Shown: positions 1 to 11,280, counted from the stretch's first letter. The stretch: 64,000 bases of DNA from Burkholderiales bacterium (GCA_036555615.1 DATBKZ010000043.1:16596-80595), one strand, 5' to 3'. Notes: generated by a model from the letters alone, not told the origin. Translations and numbers: made by a program.

Positions 1-171
1 TCGCGAACCACGAGCACGCATCAGGAAAGTAGGATACGCCCCCGGGGGCCGGCAGTGAGCCAATCACGCGGACAGGTTGCTGCCGGGAACACGCCTTTTG
101 GGGTCGCGCCCGGTGGCCCGCGATGCGACAATGCGTCTGCGCCGGGCGCAATTAGGAAAAGGGATCGTCTG

Positions 172-1011
172 ATGGATACTCTCGAGAAGCTGGGCGGATC
201 TCTTGCCGCCGCTTTTTCCCAGATCGGCGCGCGCCTGATCGAGCACGCGCCGAGCGTGATCGGCGCGACGCTGATCCTGCTGATCGGTTGGCTCATCGCG
301 CGTCTGCTGCGCAGCGTCGCCGTCAAGCTGATGGGCGTGCTGGAGATGCTCATGTATCGCGCATTCCGGGGGAGCGGCGCCGGCGCGCTGCGGGCGCCGT
401 CGGGGTCGGTCGAGATCGTCGGCAGCATCCTCTTCTGGGTGGTCATCCTGTTTTTCGTCGCCTCGGCAACGCAGGTGCTGGGGTTGAGCATCTTCACCGA
501 ATGGCTCAGGGATCTGGTCAGCTATCTGCCGACGCTGCTCGCCGGTGCGCTCATCATCCTGGCGGGCGCCCTGTTTTCGGGCTTGACGCGCGACGTGACG
601 GTCGCCGCCCTGCCCAACCTGCCGGAGGCGCAGCGCCAGCTCGTCGGGCGGGTCGTGCAGTTCTCGATACTCGTCACGGCAATCGCCGTCGGCGCCGACC
701 AGATCGGCATCGAGATCACGTTCCTCGTGGTGCTCGCCGCGGTGGTGACAAGCGCAATCGTGGGCGGGGTCGCGCTCGCCGTCAGCCTCGGGGCGCGCAC
801 CTACGTGGCGAATCTCATCGGCGCACACTACCTGCGGCAGGCGTTCAGCGCGGGCCAGCGCGTTCGCATCGGCGCGGTGGAGGGAACGATACTGGAGCTC
901 ACTGCAGTCTCGGTCGTGCTGGAGACCGAGGAGGGGCGCGTGACGATACCGGGCAAGGTTTACAACGAAGAGCCGATCGTGCTGCTCGCCGCGAGGCGCG
1001 AGCATGCGTGA
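172..1011 (+). CDS. Mechanosensitive ion channel family protein (small MscS-like)
   Basis: Start ATG 172 (MDTLEKL) follows the purine-rich stretch AGGAAAAGGGA. The N-terminus has multiple TM helices. The C-terminus has an MscS beta-domain-like motif (GQRVRIGAVEGTILELT...EEGRVTIPGKVYNEEPIV). The upstream part of ORF 55..1011 is probably not translated. Confidence 0.6.
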   Translation: MDTLEKLGGSLAAAFSQIGARLIEHAPSVIGATLILLIGWLIARLLRSVAVKLMGVLEMLMYRAFRGSGAGALRAPSGSVEIVGSILFWVVILFFVASATQVLGLSIFTEWLRDLVSYLPTLLAGALIILAGALFSGLTRDVTVAALPNLPEAQRQLVGRVVQFSILVTAIAVGADQIGIEITFLVVLAAVVTSAIVGGVALAVSLGARTYVANLIGAHYLRQAFSAGQRVRIGAVEGTILELTAVSVVLETEEGRVTIPGKVYNEEPIVLLAARREHA

Positions 1012-1852
1012 GCTGATCGAGCTGTCGGCCGCGTTCGTCAAGGCGCATCCTGCGGAGGCAGCGCGGGTGCTCGAGGGCCTTGCCCCGGACGACACCGCGG
1101 CATTTGTCGCCGCCCTCGATGCCAAGCTCGCCGCAGCCGCGTTGCAGCATCTCGGCGTTGCCTATTGCGCGAAGGTGCTTCAGCACCTCGATGACGAGCA
1201 GGCGGCCGAGCGCATCCGGACGATGAGCTCGCAGGCTGCGGCACGGTTGTTGCATAACCTTGCGCCCGGGCGGCAGGTGCAGCTACTCGGCCGGCTGCCG
1301 GTTGCATCTGCCGTAGCGCTGCGCCTGTTGATCGGCTATCCAAAAGGTACGTGCGGCGCCTGCATGGATCCGGCGCCGCTCGTGCTGTCCCCCGAGATGA
1401 CTGTGGCCGAGGCGATCGAGCAGGCGCGCCGCCACGAACAGGAGCACGGCGATTGCGTGTTTGTCGCCGATGCGCAGCGGCGCCTGATCGGGGTCGTTGC
1501 GCTCAGCGACCTGCTGCGCGCCTCCCCGGGCGAGCCGCTGTCCGCAGTCATGCGACGGCCAGAGCACATCGTGTCGGCGCTGGCCTCGGCCCCGACGGCG
1601 GCCGCGCATCCCGGGTGGGATGCGTTCCGTCTGCTGCCGGTGGTGGAGCGCGAGAACCGGATCGTCGGCGGCCTGCACCGCCGCTCGCTCGTGCGGGAGC
1701 TGGGTGAATCCGTAGTGCATTCCGGGCCCGGGCTCGCCAACGGCGTGACCGGAACGTATTGGAGTACCGTCTCCGTTCTGACGCAGGTCGTGGTCGGATC
1801 CCTGCCGCCGGTCTCCCCGGTGGCATCGACGAGGAGGAGCGATGAGCGTTGA
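1004..1852 (+). CDS. Stand-alone MgtE N-terminal domain + CBS-pair protein (no membrane domain)
   Basis: The helical N-domain resembles MgtE_N (AARVLEGLAPDDTAAFVAALD...AERIRTMSSQAAARLL), followed by CBS-like segments. I see no TM helix at the C-terminus. It overlaps the upstream stop by 8 nt and the downstream start by 11 nt. Confidence 0.6.
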   Translation: MRELIELSAAFVKAHPAEAARVLEGLAPDDTAAFVAALDAKLAAAALQHLGVAYCAKVLQHLDDEQAAERIRTMSSQAAARLLHNLAPGRQVQLLGRLPVASAVALRLLIGYPKGTCGACMDPAPLVLSPEMTVAEAIEQARRHEQEHGDCVFVADAQRRLIGVVALSDLLRASPGEPLSAVMRRPEHIVSALASAPTAAAHPGWDAFRLLPVVERENRIVGGLHRRSLVRELGESVVHSGPGLANGVTGTYWSTVSVLTQVVVGSLPPVSPVASTRRSDER

Positions 1853-3146
1853 ATCGACAGTTACGGCGCTGGAAGGCCGCTTCTTACGGGATTATCCGCG
1901 CGAAGTGGCGCGCCAGCTCGAGCGGATGCCCGCGGAGCAGGCGGCGCGCGCCCTCGGCGCGCAGCCGGCAGAGCTTGCAGTCCCCGCCTGGGAGCAGTTG
2001 CCGACCGACGTCCAGGAACGGCTCATCGAAGCGCTGCCGCCGGAGGCGACGGCGCGCATCCTGAACGAGATGGATCCGCCGCTCGCGGCGGAGCTGCTGT
2101 CATTGCTCGACGCCGAGGAGCAGACCCGATGGCTTGCGCGGATGGAGACCGCGGCCGCCAAGCTCGTTCAAGGCCTCATGTCCTTTCCGCCCGATACTGC
2201 GGGACGGCTGATGGATCCGCGCGTGGCGAGCTTCCGCGCTGCGATGAGCGTCTCCGAGGCCATCGAGCGCATGCGGGGCTTCAAGAAGAACCGCGCGCTG
2301 CGCGAGTTGTTCGTCGTCGACGAAGAAGGACGGCTGACGGGTCGCGTGGAGATTCAGGACCTTGCGACCGCGCGCCCGGAGCAGCTCCTGCGCGAGCTCG
2401 CGCGTCCCCTCAGCGCGGCGGTGCTGGATACCGCCCCGCGCGAGGAAGTGGTGGAAAAGATCGAGCGCCTGCGCATGCCCGCGCTGCCCGTGGTAAGCGT
2501 CACGGGTCGGCTGATCGGCGTGATCCACCAGGCCGCGCTGATCAATGCGGTCCAGGAGGAAGCGAGCCTGGACATCCAGACCATGGTCGGTGTGAGCCGG
2601 GACGAGCGGGCGCTCTCGAGCGCGACGTTTGCGGTGGTGAAACGCCTGCCGTGGCTGCAGATCAACCTGGCGACCGCATTCCTGGCGGCGGCGGTCGTCG
2701 GACTGTTCGAGGACACCATCGCGAAGTTTACGGCGCTCGCCGTGCTGCTGCCGGTAGTTGCCGGCCAGTCGGGCAACGCCGGCGCGCAGGCGCTCGCCGT
2801 GACGATGCGTGGCCTGGCGCTGCGCGAGATCAGCGTGCGCCACCTGGCGCGCGTCGTGTTCAAGGAGGTTAACGCGGGATTGCTCAACGGCCTCGCGGTC
2901 GCGCTGGTTTGTGCGCTCGGCGTTTGGCTGTGGAGCGGTTCGGCGGGCCTGGTGGCCGTCATCAGCGTGGCGATGGTGATTTCAATGGTGGCGGCGGGGT
3001 TCTCAGGCGCCGCCATACCAATCCTCCTGAATCGGCTGGGATTCGATCCCGCGCAGTCGAGCTCGATCGTGCTCACCACGGTGACCGACGTCGTCGGGTT
3101 CTTTTCGTTTCTCGGCGTGGCGACGAGCCTGCAGGCGTGGCTGTAG
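1842..3146 (+). CDS. mgtE: Magnesium transporter MgtE (full length)
   Basis: 434 aa with an MgtE_N-like N-terminus, a CBS pair and a C-terminal 5-TM MgtE domain (LPVVAGQSGNAGAQALAV..., TDVVGFFSFLG). Confidence 0.85.
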   Translation: MSVESTVTALEGRFLRDYPREVARQLERMPAEQAARALGAQPAELAVPAWEQLPTDVQERLIEALPPEATARILNEMDPPLAAELLSLLDAEEQTRWLARMETAAAKLVQGLMSFPPDTAGRLMDPRVASFRAAMSVSEAIERMRGFKKNRALRELFVVDEEGRLTGRVEIQDLATARPEQLLRELARPLSAAVLDTAPREEVVEKIERLRMPALPVVSVTGRLIGVIHQAALINAVQEEASLDIQTMVGVSRDERALSSATFAVVKRLPWLQINLATAFLAAAVVGLFEDTIAKFTALAVLLPVVAGQSGNAGAQALAVTMRGLALREISVRHLARVVFKEVNAGLLNGLAVALVCALGVWLWSGSAGLVAVISVAMVISMVAAGFSGAAIPILLNRLGFDPAQSSSIVLTTVTDVVGFFSFLGVATSLQAWL

Positions 3147-3180
3147 CGCGTGGGTTGCCGACGATCCCCGAGCGCGGCCC

Positions 3181-3996
3181 TCACGCCGTCAACGAAAGCT
3201 CGAGACCGGTGACGGGCAGGCCGGAGTAGTCGGAGGCCCAGCGCTCACCCGCCGCGATCGGCAGTGCCGCGGTCAGCGTGCCGGTGGTGACGATTTCCCC
3301 TGCCGCCAGCGGCTCGAACTGCGGCTGAGTCGCGAGCACCGCGGCGAGATGGGCAAGTGCCGCGGCGGGATGACCGAGCGCATTGGCGCCTACCCCGCGG
3401 TCCCGTAATTCGCCATTCCTGCTCAAGGTGACGTGGCAGTCGCGCAATTGACCGGCGAGGGCGGTCATCTCCGCCGCGCGTACGGGATGGGGCGTGCCCA
3501 CGATCAGCCGCCAGTGGAGAGAAAAATCCGCGACTGACTCGCCCGGCTGAAACTTCCAGTCGGCGAAGTGGCAATCCACGATCTCGAAGCTTGCCGAAAT
3601 CCATTCAATGCTTTCGAGAACTCGTGCAGGGTCGGCGACGCCCGCGGCGAGGGGCGCCTTGAGCTTGAACGCGATTTCCGGCTCCAGACGCGGCCGAACG
3701 GAGCCCTTGAGCGAGATGGTGGCACGACCGTCCCTCGCCATGACCACGGTGCGGTCGTAGACGTGCGCCCAGATCGGCGCGGTTGCGCCGTACTCGGGCC
3801 AGATGTTGCGATTGGTGAAGCCGATCTTGCGCCCGACAGTCTCTTCCCCCCGTGCGCGGCGCAGCATCAGCAGCGCCGCGGCGACCTGATAACCGTCCTT
3901 CCATGCGAAGCCGGGGTTGCGCGCCACAACGGAGGCGATGGTCGCGCCCCGATCGAGGGCGTCGAGAAGTTCCTGCGCAATGCCCGGGATGCTCAT
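3181..3996 (-). CDS. 2-keto-4-pentenoate hydratase / FAH-family hydratase-decarboxylase-like protein
   Basis: 271 aa. Shows MhpD/XylJ-like signatures (GRKIGFTNRNIWPEYG..., PRLEPEIAFKL, TTGTLT). Confidence 0.65.
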   Translation of the reverse strand: MSIPGIAQELLDALDRGATIASVVARNPGFAWKDGYQVAAALLMLRRARGEETVGRKIGFTNRNIWPEYGATAPIWAHVYDRTVVMARDGRATISLKGSVRPRLEPEIAFKLKAPLAAGVADPARVLESIEWISASFEIVDCHFADWKFQPGESVADFSLHWRLIVGTPHPVRAAEMTALAGQLRDCHVTLSRNGELRDRGVGANALGHPAAALAHLAAVLATQPQFEPLAAGEIVTTGTLTAALPIAAGERWASDYSGLPVTGLELSLTA

Positions 3997-4065
3997 GGAC
4001 CGCTGTGCTCAAACCGCTGATTTGTTTGAAGCTGTGGGCCGATTTGGATAGAATTCCGCTTCCCG

Positions 4066-4142
4066 AGGCGCGTAGCTCAGATGGCTAGAGCGCATCCTTG
4101 ACATGGATGAGGTCGTTGGTTCGATTCCAATCGCGCCTACCA
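4066..4142 (+). tRNA. tRNA-Val (anticodon GAC)
   Basis: The cloverleaf folds by eye. Acceptor stem AGGCGCG/CGCGCCT, anticodon loop TTGACAT, T-loop TTCGATT, encoded CCA end. Confidence 0.93.
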
Positions 4143-4146
4143 CTTG

Positions 4147-4222
4147 CTAAATCCGGATGCTTCGCACCGGTTTAGCTCCGCGCGATCGAGGCGGACGCTC
4201 CACGCCGCTCATCGCGCGGAGC
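4147..4222. repeat. REP-like bipartite palindromic element, copy A
   Basis: Hairpin 1 is CTAAATCCGG...CCGGTTTAG. Hairpin 2 is GCTCCGCGCGAT (4175-4186) / ATCGCGCGGAGC (4211-4222), followed by TATTTTA. Related to the copies at 21603, 21676, 31060 and 55261. Confidence 0.7.
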
Positions 4223-4245
4223 TATTTTAGCGTCACGAATTGATC

Positions 4246-6168
4246 ATGCCGGACATCCGCCTTCCCGACGGCGCGGTCAAGAAATTCGACCGGCCGGTGA
4301 CCGTTGCCGAGATCGCCCAGGCGATCGGGCCGGGGCTCGCGCGTGCTGCGCTCGCGGGCCGGGTGAACGGCAAGCTCGTGGATACCTCCCACCGCGTCGA
4401 CTCCGACGCCGAGGTGGCAATCGTCACCGACAAGGACCGCGAGGGCGTCGAGATCCTGCGTCATTCCACGGCGCACTTGCTCGCGCACGCGGTCAAGGAG
4501 CTTTACCCCGATGCCCAGGTCACTATCGGTCCGGTGATCGAGGACGGCTTCTACTACGATTTTTCCTTCAAGAGGCCGTTCACGCCGGAAGATCTCGCTG
4601 CGATCGAGAGGCGCATGGCGGAAATCGCAAAGCGTGATTTCAAGGTCGAACGCCAGGTGATGCCTCGCGATGCGGCCGTGAAGTACTTCCGCGACATGGG
4701 CGAGCACTACAAGGCCGAGATCATCGCGGCGATTCCCGACGGCGAGTCGATATCGCTCTATCGCCAGGACGGTTTCGTGGACCTGTGCCGCGGGCCCCAC
4801 GTGCCTTCCACCGGGAAGCTCAAGGTGTTCAAGCTGCTGAAGGTCGCGGGCGCCTACTGGCGCGGCGACTCGAAGAACGAAATGCTGCAGCGGATCTACG
4901 GCACCGCGTGGGCGAAAAAGGAGGAGCAGGACGCGTATCTCCACCGCATCGAGGAAGCCGAGAAGCGCGATCACCGGCGGCTCGGCCGGCAACTCGAGCT
5001 GTTCCACACGCAGGATGAGGCGCCCGGCATGGTGTTCTGGCACCCGAAGGGCTGGGTGATCTGGCAGCGCATCGAGCAGTACATGCGCCGGCTCCTCGAG
5101 GAGAACGGCTACCAAGAGGTGCGGGCGCCCCAGGTTCTCGACGTTTCGCTCTGGAAGCGCTCGGGGCACTGGGACAATTTCCGCGAAAACATGTTCTTCA
5201 CCGAGTCGGAGTCTCGCGATTACGCCGTGAAGCCGATGAACTGCCCGGGACACGTCCAGATCTTCAACCAGGGGCTGAAGAGCTACCGCGACCTGCCGCT
5301 CAGGCTTGCGGAGTTCGGCTCTTGCCACCGCAACGAGCCTTCGGGCGCGCTGCACGGTCTGATGCGCGTGCGCAGCTTCACCCAGGATGACGCCCATATC
5401 TTCTGCACGGAGGCGCAGGTCGAGCCGGAGGTGATCCGCTTCATCGACCTCCTGCAGCGGGTCTACGCCGATTTCGGATTCGAGGACATCCTGGTCAAGC
5501 TTTCCACGCGGCCGGCGAAGCGCGTGGGCACCGGCGAGCAGTGGGACCGGGCCGAAGCGGCCCTGAGACTCGCGCTGGACCACAAGGCCATGGCCTACGA
5601 GGTGCAGCTGGGGGAGGGTGCGTTCTACGGACCGAAGATCGAGTTCTCGCTGAAGGACAGCCTGGGGCGGGTCTGGCAATGCGGCACGATGCAGCTTGAC
5701 TTCTCGATGCCGGAGCGCCTCGGCGCAGAGTACGTGGGCGAGGACAACGCGCGCCACGCGCCGGTCATGCTCCATCGGGCGATCCTGGGATCCTTCGAGC
5801 GCTTCATCGGCATCCTCATCGAGCACTATGCCGGCGCGATGCCGCTGTGGCTCGCCCCCGTCCAGGCAGTGGTGATGAACATTACCGAACGCCAGGCGCA
5901 CTACGCGGAGCGTGTCGCGGCGGAGTTGAAGCAGGCCGGATTGCGCGCGGCCACCGACTTGAGGAACGAGAAAATTTCCTATAAGATTCGGGAACATAGT
6001 CTGCAGAAGCTGCCCTACCAGGTCATCGTGGGCGACCAGGAAGTGGCGGCTCAAAAGGTTGCCGTGCGGACCCGCAAGGGCGAGGATCTCGGCCAGATGA
6101 TTCTGGCCGATTTCGTCTCCAGGCTGCGGGCCGAGGAAGCCCGGCTGGGGCGCGCGGCGCAAGAGTAA
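4246..6168 (+). CDS. thrS: Threonine--tRNA ligase
   Basis: Canonical ThrRS sequence with TGS, editing and class II core domains. I chose ATG 4246 (MPDIRLPDG) over TTG 4240. Confidence 0.95.
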   Translation: MPDIRLPDGAVKKFDRPVTVAEIAQAIGPGLARAALAGRVNGKLVDTSHRVDSDAEVAIVTDKDREGVEILRHSTAHLLAHAVKELYPDAQVTIGPVIEDGFYYDFSFKRPFTPEDLAAIERRMAEIAKRDFKVERQVMPRDAAVKYFRDMGEHYKAEIIAAIPDGESISLYRQDGFVDLCRGPHVPSTGKLKVFKLLKVAGAYWRGDSKNEMLQRIYGTAWAKKEEQDAYLHRIEEAEKRDHRRLGRQLELFHTQDEAPGMVFWHPKGWVIWQRIEQYMRRLLEENGYQEVRAPQVLDVSLWKRSGHWDNFRENMFFTESESRDYAVKPMNCPGHVQIFNQGLKSYRDLPLRLAEFGSCHRNEPSGALHGLMRVRSFTQDDAHIFCTEAQVEPEVIRFIDLLQRVYADFGFEDILVKLSTRPAKRVGTGEQWDRAEAALRLALDHKAMAYEVQLGEGAFYGPKIEFSLKDSLGRVWQCGTMQLDFSMPERLGAEYVGEDNARHAPVMLHRAILGSFERFIGILIEHYAGAMPLWLAPVQAVVMNITERQAHYAERVAAELKQAGLRAATDLRNEKISYKIREHSLQKLPYQVIVGDQEVAAQKVAVRTRKGEDLGQMILADFVSRLRAEEARLGRAAQE

Positions 6169-6188
6169 CCGGACAGAGGGAGCGCTAC

Positions 6189-6824
6189 ATCTCACAGGAA
6201 AAGGAACCGCGGATCAACGGCGAGATCACCGCGCCGGAAGTCCGGCTAATTGGGGCCAGCGGCGAGCAGGTCGGCATATTGAGCCTGGCTGCCGCCAACA
6301 AGCTGGCCGAGGAAGCCGATCTCGACCTGGTCGAGATCGCGCCGACAGCGACGCCGCCCGTTTGCCGCATCATGGACTACGGGAAATACAAGTACCGCGA
6401 GGCGAAGAAGCGGCACGAGGCGAAGCTCAAGCAGAAGCAGATCGTCGTCAAGGAGGTCAAGTTTCGCCCCGGTACCGATGAGGGCGACTACCGGATCAAG
6501 CTGCGGAACCTCACCCGTTTTCTGGAGGAGGGCGATAAGGCGAAGGTCACCTTGCGATACCGCGGGCGCGAGATGGCGCACCAGGAACTGGGAGTGCGCT
6601 TGATCGAGCGGGTGAGAGGCGATCTCGCGCCGTACAGCACGGTGGAGCAGTACCCGAAGATGGAAGGCCGGCAGCTGATCATGGTGCTGGCGCCGAAGAA
6701 GGGCAAGAAACCCGTCACGAAAACGGCGGTCAAGGCGGCAGCACCGAAGAAGTCGGCGGCGTCTGCCAAGGAAGCTGCTCCCAAGGCTGCGGCGGAAGCT
6801 GCGGCCGGCATCGAGAAGAAGTAG
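6189..6824 (+). CDS. infC: Translation initiation factor IF-3 (non-AUG start)
   Basis: The conserved IF-3 N-terminus ([16 protein letters not shown]...) lies upstream of the first ATG at 6279. In-frame ATC codons at 6189 (SD AGAGGGAG) and 6213 (SD AAGGA) are the only near-cognate candidates. The exact start is uncertain. Confidence 0.8.
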   Translation: MSQEKEPRINGEITAPEVRLIGASGEQVGILSLAAANKLAEEADLDLVEIAPTATPPVCRIMDYGKYKYREAKKRHEAKLKQKQIVVKEVKFRPGTDEGDYRIKLRNLTRFLEEGDKAKVTLRYRGREMAHQELGVRLIERVRGDLAPYSTVEQYPKMEGRQLIMVLAPKKGKKPVTKTAVKAAAPKKSAASAKEAAPKAAAEAAAGIEKK

Positions 6825-6892
6825 TTGTCCGGGTCCCCGAAGTCCTGCCGCCATGGCAGGCACCCGGCGCTAGGCTAAAACATGGAGTCGTC

Positions 6893-7087
6893 ATGCCCAA
6901 GTTGAAGACCAAACGCGCCGCTGCCAAACGCTTCAGGAAGCGCTCCGGTGGCGGCATCAAGCGCGGCCAGGCGAATCTGCGCCACATCCTCACCAAGAAG
7001 AACACCAAGCGCAAGCGGCACCTGCGCGGCAGCACCGGCGTGCACCAGGCCGACAAGGCGTCGGTCCGAGTCATGCTGCCCTACTAA
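6893..7087 (+). CDS. rpmI: 50S ribosomal protein L35
   Basis: [16 protein letters not shown]... is a typical L35, and the infC-rpmI-rplT order is conserved. Confidence 0.95.
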   Translation: MPKLKTKRAAAKRFRKRSGGGIKRGQANLRHILTKKNTKRKRHLRGSTGVHQADKASVRVMLPY

Positions 7088-7101
7088 GCGAGGAGACCGC
7101 C

Positions 7102-7461
7102 ATGCCACGAGTCAAACGGGGCGTAACCGCCCGCGCCGCGCACAAGAAGGTCCTCCAGAGGGCCAAGGGTTTCCGCGGCCGCCGCAAGAACGTGTTCCGC
7201 ATCGCCAACGAAGCGGTGATGCGCGCGGGGCAGTACGCCTACCGCGATCGCCGCGACCGCAAGGGCGAGTTTCGAGCGTTGTGGATCGCGCGCATCAACG
7301 CTGCGGCGCGCGAGCACGGCCTTTCCTATAGCCGGTTCATGAACGGGCTGAAGAAGGCGGCGGTTGCCGTCGATCGCAAAGTGCTCGCGGACATCGCGGT
7401 GCTCGACAAGCCGGCGTTCGCCATGTTCGTCGAGAAGGCCAGGGCCGGCCTCGGAGCCTGA
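7102..7461 (+). CDS. rplT: 50S ribosomal protein L20
   Basis: [18 protein letters not shown]... is a typical L20. Confidence 0.95.
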   Translation: MPRVKRGVTARAAHKKVLQRAKGFRGRRKNVFRIANEAVMRAGQYAYRDRRDRKGEFRALWIARINAAAREHGLSYSRFMNGLKKAAVAVDRKVLADIAVLDKPAFAMFVEKARAGLGA

Positions 7462-7480
7462 CGTAGGGGCAAGCCGGGAT

Positions 7481-7502
7481 GCTCCCCCGCGCCGGGGGGA
7501 GC
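7481..7502 (+). terminator. GC-rich hairpin between rplT and pheS (possible partial terminator or processing site)
   Basis: GCTCCCCC-gcgccg-GGGGGAGC gives an 8-bp stem. There is no clear U-run. Confidence 0.3.
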
Positions 7503-7507
7503 GGTAG

Positions 7508-8533
<1,026 letters not shown>

Positions 8534-8538
8534 CGGGT

Positions 8539-10557
8539 ATGAGGTTTTCCGAGAATTGGCTGCGCACCTTCGTGAACCCGCCACTCGCGGGGCGCGAGCT
8601 TGCCGATGCGCTGTCCATGGGCGGCATTGACGTCGAGCATGTCGAGCGGGACCGCGATGACTGGCTGATCACGACCAAGCCCACCCCCAACCGCGGCGAC
8701 TGCCTGAGCATGGCCGGCATCGCGCGCGAGGTGGCTGCGGTGACCGGCGCATCGTGGAGCCAGGCCGAGGTCAAGGCCGCGCGCACGTCGATCGCCGACC
8801 GCCTGACCGTCACCCTGGAGGCGCCGCAGGCCTGTCCGCGTTATTGTGGGCGGATCGTGCGCGGCGTCAATGCGAATGCGGCCACGCCAGACTGGATGGC
8901 GGGCAGGCTCGCCGCGAGCGGCATCCGCTCCGTGAGCGCTCTGGTTGATATCACCAACTACGTCATGCTCGAGCTCGGACAGCCGCTGCACGCATTCGAT
9001 GCGAAAAAGCTCGAGGGCGGGATTCGGGTGCGACACGCAAGAGCAGGCGAGAAGCTGACGCTGCTGAATGGCGATGCGCCGCCTCTTGCGCCGGACTTTC
9101 TCGTCATCGCCGATGAGTCGAAGGCGGTGGCACTGGCAGGCATCATGGGCGGGCTCGACACTTCGGTGACCGGGGCGACGCGCGACGTGTTCCTCGAGAG
9201 CGCGTTCTTCAGTCCGGAGGCGATCGCGGGCAAGACCCGGCGGCTCAATGTCGCATCCGAATCATCCTATCGATTCGAGCGGGGAGTCGATTTCGGGGGA
9301 ACGCTCGCCGCGCTCGAGCGCGCCACGCAGCTTGTCATCGAAATCTGCGGCGGCAATGTGGGTCCGGTATCGGAGGCGCGCACGGCGCTGCCGGCGCGCG
9401 AACCGGTGCGCGTGCGGCTCGCGCGCGTGGAGCGCCTGCTCGGCGTGAAACTCGACGGCATCCAGGTCGGGAACATCCTGCGGCGGCTCCGCTTCGAGTT
9501 CTCCGTGGCGGAAGGAGAGTTCCGGGTGACTCCGCCGAGCCACCGCTTTGACATCGCGATCGAGGAGGATGTGATCGAGGAGCTGGCGCGCATCCACGGC
9601 TACGACCGGATTCCCGCGACGCTGCCCGCCGCGCCCCACGCCATGCTGCCGGTGCCGGAGGGAAAGCGCGACATCGCCTCGATCCGCAGGCTGCTTGCCG
9701 CGCGCGACTACCAGGAAATGGTGAGCTACAGCTTCGTCGACGCGGCGTGGGAAGCGGATTTCGGTGGAAAGGCCGCGCCGGTTGCCCTTGCCAACCCGAT
9801 TGCCAGCCAGATGGGCGTCATGCGCTCCACGCTGGCGGGCGCGCTGATCGACTGCCTGGTCCAGAATCTCGCGCGCAAGCAGTCCCGCGTCCGCGTGTTC
9901 GAGGTCGGCCGCTGTTTCATGACAGAAGCATCAGGTGGCTATCATCAACCGATGCGAATAGGAGGTATATCCTACGGTGACACTCGCCACGAGCAGTGGG
10001 GCCTGAAGTCGCGGCGCAGCGATTTCTTCGACATCAAGAGCGATGTCGAGGCATTGCTCGCGCCGCTGACGGCGAAATTCAACCCAGTCGAGCATCCTGC
10101 GCTGCATCCGGGCAAGTCGGCCAATATCCTCGTCGGGGGCGTAACCGCAGGCTGGATCGGGGAATTGCACCCCCGCTGGCAACGGAAGTATGATTTGCCG
10201 CTCGTCCCGGTCCTGTTCGAGCTTGACTACGACGCGGTCAGTGAGCGGGGCCTGCCGGCATACAAGGAGATATCGAAATTCCCGCTGGTGCGGCGCGACA
10301 TCGCGGCCGTCGTCGACGAAAACATCAGCTTTTCGGAGATTCTGGAGGCCCTGCGCCGGCAACAGCCGGCCATTGTGGTCGAAATCGGCCTGTTTGACAT
10401 CTACCGGGGAACGGGTGTAGAAGAAGGCAAAAAGAGTCTTGCTTTCAGGGTGTTATTGCAGGATACTCGCAAGACTCTGACCGATGCGGAAGTCGAATCC
10501 GCGGTCTCTCAGCTACGCCGGACGCTGCAGCAACAATTCAACGCGAAACTCCGTTGA
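8539..10557 (+). CDS. pheT: Phenylalanine--tRNA ligase beta subunit, lacking the N-terminal OB-fold tRNA-binding (B2) domain
   Basis: It is collinear with E. coli PheT from MRFSENWLR. The text jumps from ...GIDVEHVE directly to ...[18 protein letters not shown], so about 110 aa are absent. I chose ATG 8539 over TTG 8530. Confidence 0.9.
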   Translation: MRFSENWLRTFVNPPLAGRELADALSMGGIDVEHVERDRDDWLITTKPTPNRGDCLSMAGIAREVAAVTGASWSQAEVKAARTSIADRLTVTLEAPQACPRYCGRIVRGVNANAATPDWMAGRLAASGIRSVSALVDITNYVMLELGQPLHAFDAKKLEGGIRVRHARAGEKLTLLNGDAPPLAPDFLVIADESKAVALAGIMGGLDTSVTGATRDVFLESAFFSPEAIAGKTRRLNVASESSYRFERGVDFGGTLAALERATQLVIEICGGNVGPVSEARTALPAREPVRVRLARVERLLGVKLDGIQVGNILRRLRFEFSVAEGEFRVTPPSHRFDIAIEEDVIEELARIHGYDRIPATLPAAPHAMLPVPEGKRDIASIRRLLAARDYQEMVSYSFVDAAWEADFGGKAAPVALANPIASQMGVMRSTLAGALIDCLVQNLARKQSRVRVFEVGRCFMTEASGGYHQPMRIGGISYGDTRHEQWGLKSRRSDFFDIKSDVEALLAPLTAKFNPVEHPALHPGKSANILVGGVTAGWIGELHPRWQRKYDLPLVPVLFELDYDAVSERGLPAYKEISKFPLVRRDIAAVVDENISFSEILEALRRQQPAIVVEIGLFDIYRGTGVEEGKKSLAFRVLLQDTRKTLTDAEVESAVSQLRRTLQQQFNAKLR

Positions 10558-10565
10558 AAGGGGAC

Positions 10566-10871
10566 ATGATGACGTTAACCAAGGCCGAACTGGCGGACCT
10601 GCTGTTCGAAAAGGTCGGGTTCAACAAGCGCGAAGCCAAGGACATGGTGGAGTCCTTCTTCGAAGAGGTCCGGACGGCGCTTGAGAACGGGCAGGGCGTG
10701 AAGCTCTCCGGCTTCGGCAATTTCCAGCTGCGCGACAAGCCGCAGCGTCCCGGCAGAAACCCCAAGACGGGGGAAGAGATCCCGATTACGGCGCGCCGCG
10801 TCGTGACGTTCCATGCGTCGCAGAAGCTGAAGGCGATCGTGGAGCAGAACTATCATGGAAGCAAGTCATAA
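10566..10871 (+). CDS. ihfA: Integration host factor subunit alpha
   Basis: [29 protein letters not shown]...[24 protein letters not shown]. Start ATG 10566 follows AAAGGGGA. Confidence 0.92.
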   Translation: MMTLTKAELADLLFEKVGFNKREAKDMVESFFEEVRTALENGQGVKLSGFGNFQLRDKPQRPGRNPKTGEEIPITARRVVTFHASQKLKAIVEQNYHGSKS

Positions 10872-11220
10872 CTCGCGCACGCAGCTGCCGCCGATCCCGG
10901 CGAAGCGCTACTTCACCATCGGTGAGGTGAGCGAGCTCTGCGGTGTCAAGCCGCACGTGCTGCGCTACTGGGAGCAGGAGTTCACGCAGCTGAAGCCGGT
11001 CAAGCGGCGCGGCAACCGGCGCTATTACCAGCACCACGAGGTGCTGCTCATCCGCCGCATCCGCGAGCTCCTCTACGATCAGGGCTTCACCATCAGCGGC
11101 GCGCGCAACCGCCTCGACGAGCTGGTGTCAGAGCCGGCGCGGGCGGCGCGCGGTGCGCGCACCAATCTTGGCCTGCTGCGCAAGGAAATCAAGAGCGTCA
11201 TCGAAGTGCTGCGCGGCTGA
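10855..11220 (+). CDS. MerR-family transcriptional regulator (conserved ihfA-downstream type)
   Basis: HTH segment [25 protein letters not shown]. It overlaps the ihfA 3' end by 17 nt. Confidence 0.8.
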   Translation: MEASHNSRTQLPPIPAKRYFTIGEVSELCGVKPHVLRYWEQEFTQLKPVKRRGNRRYYQHHEVLLIRRIRELLYDQGFTISGARNRLDELVSEPARAARGARTNLGLLRKEIKSVIEVLRG

Positions 11221-11280
11221 GATCGTTTCGCCGCCGCGGTTTTCATCTCTCCCGTTCCGTCGAGCCGCGTTCGCGGCTGA

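Noticed and set aside
4222-6195. A 657-aa ORF antisense to thrS. Similar very long antisense or shadow ORFs occur at 64-1125, 2354-3184, 27849-29246, 38720-39931, 39941-41383, 36040-37248, 37206-38516, 54043-55047, 61125-62402 and 62409-63350.
   Set aside because: Each lies opposite a gene with an unmistakable conserved product. Their translations are Arg/Ala/Gly/Pro-rich low-complexity strings. In a genome of about 66% GC, stop codons are rare in antisense frames, so ORF length is not evidence of coding.
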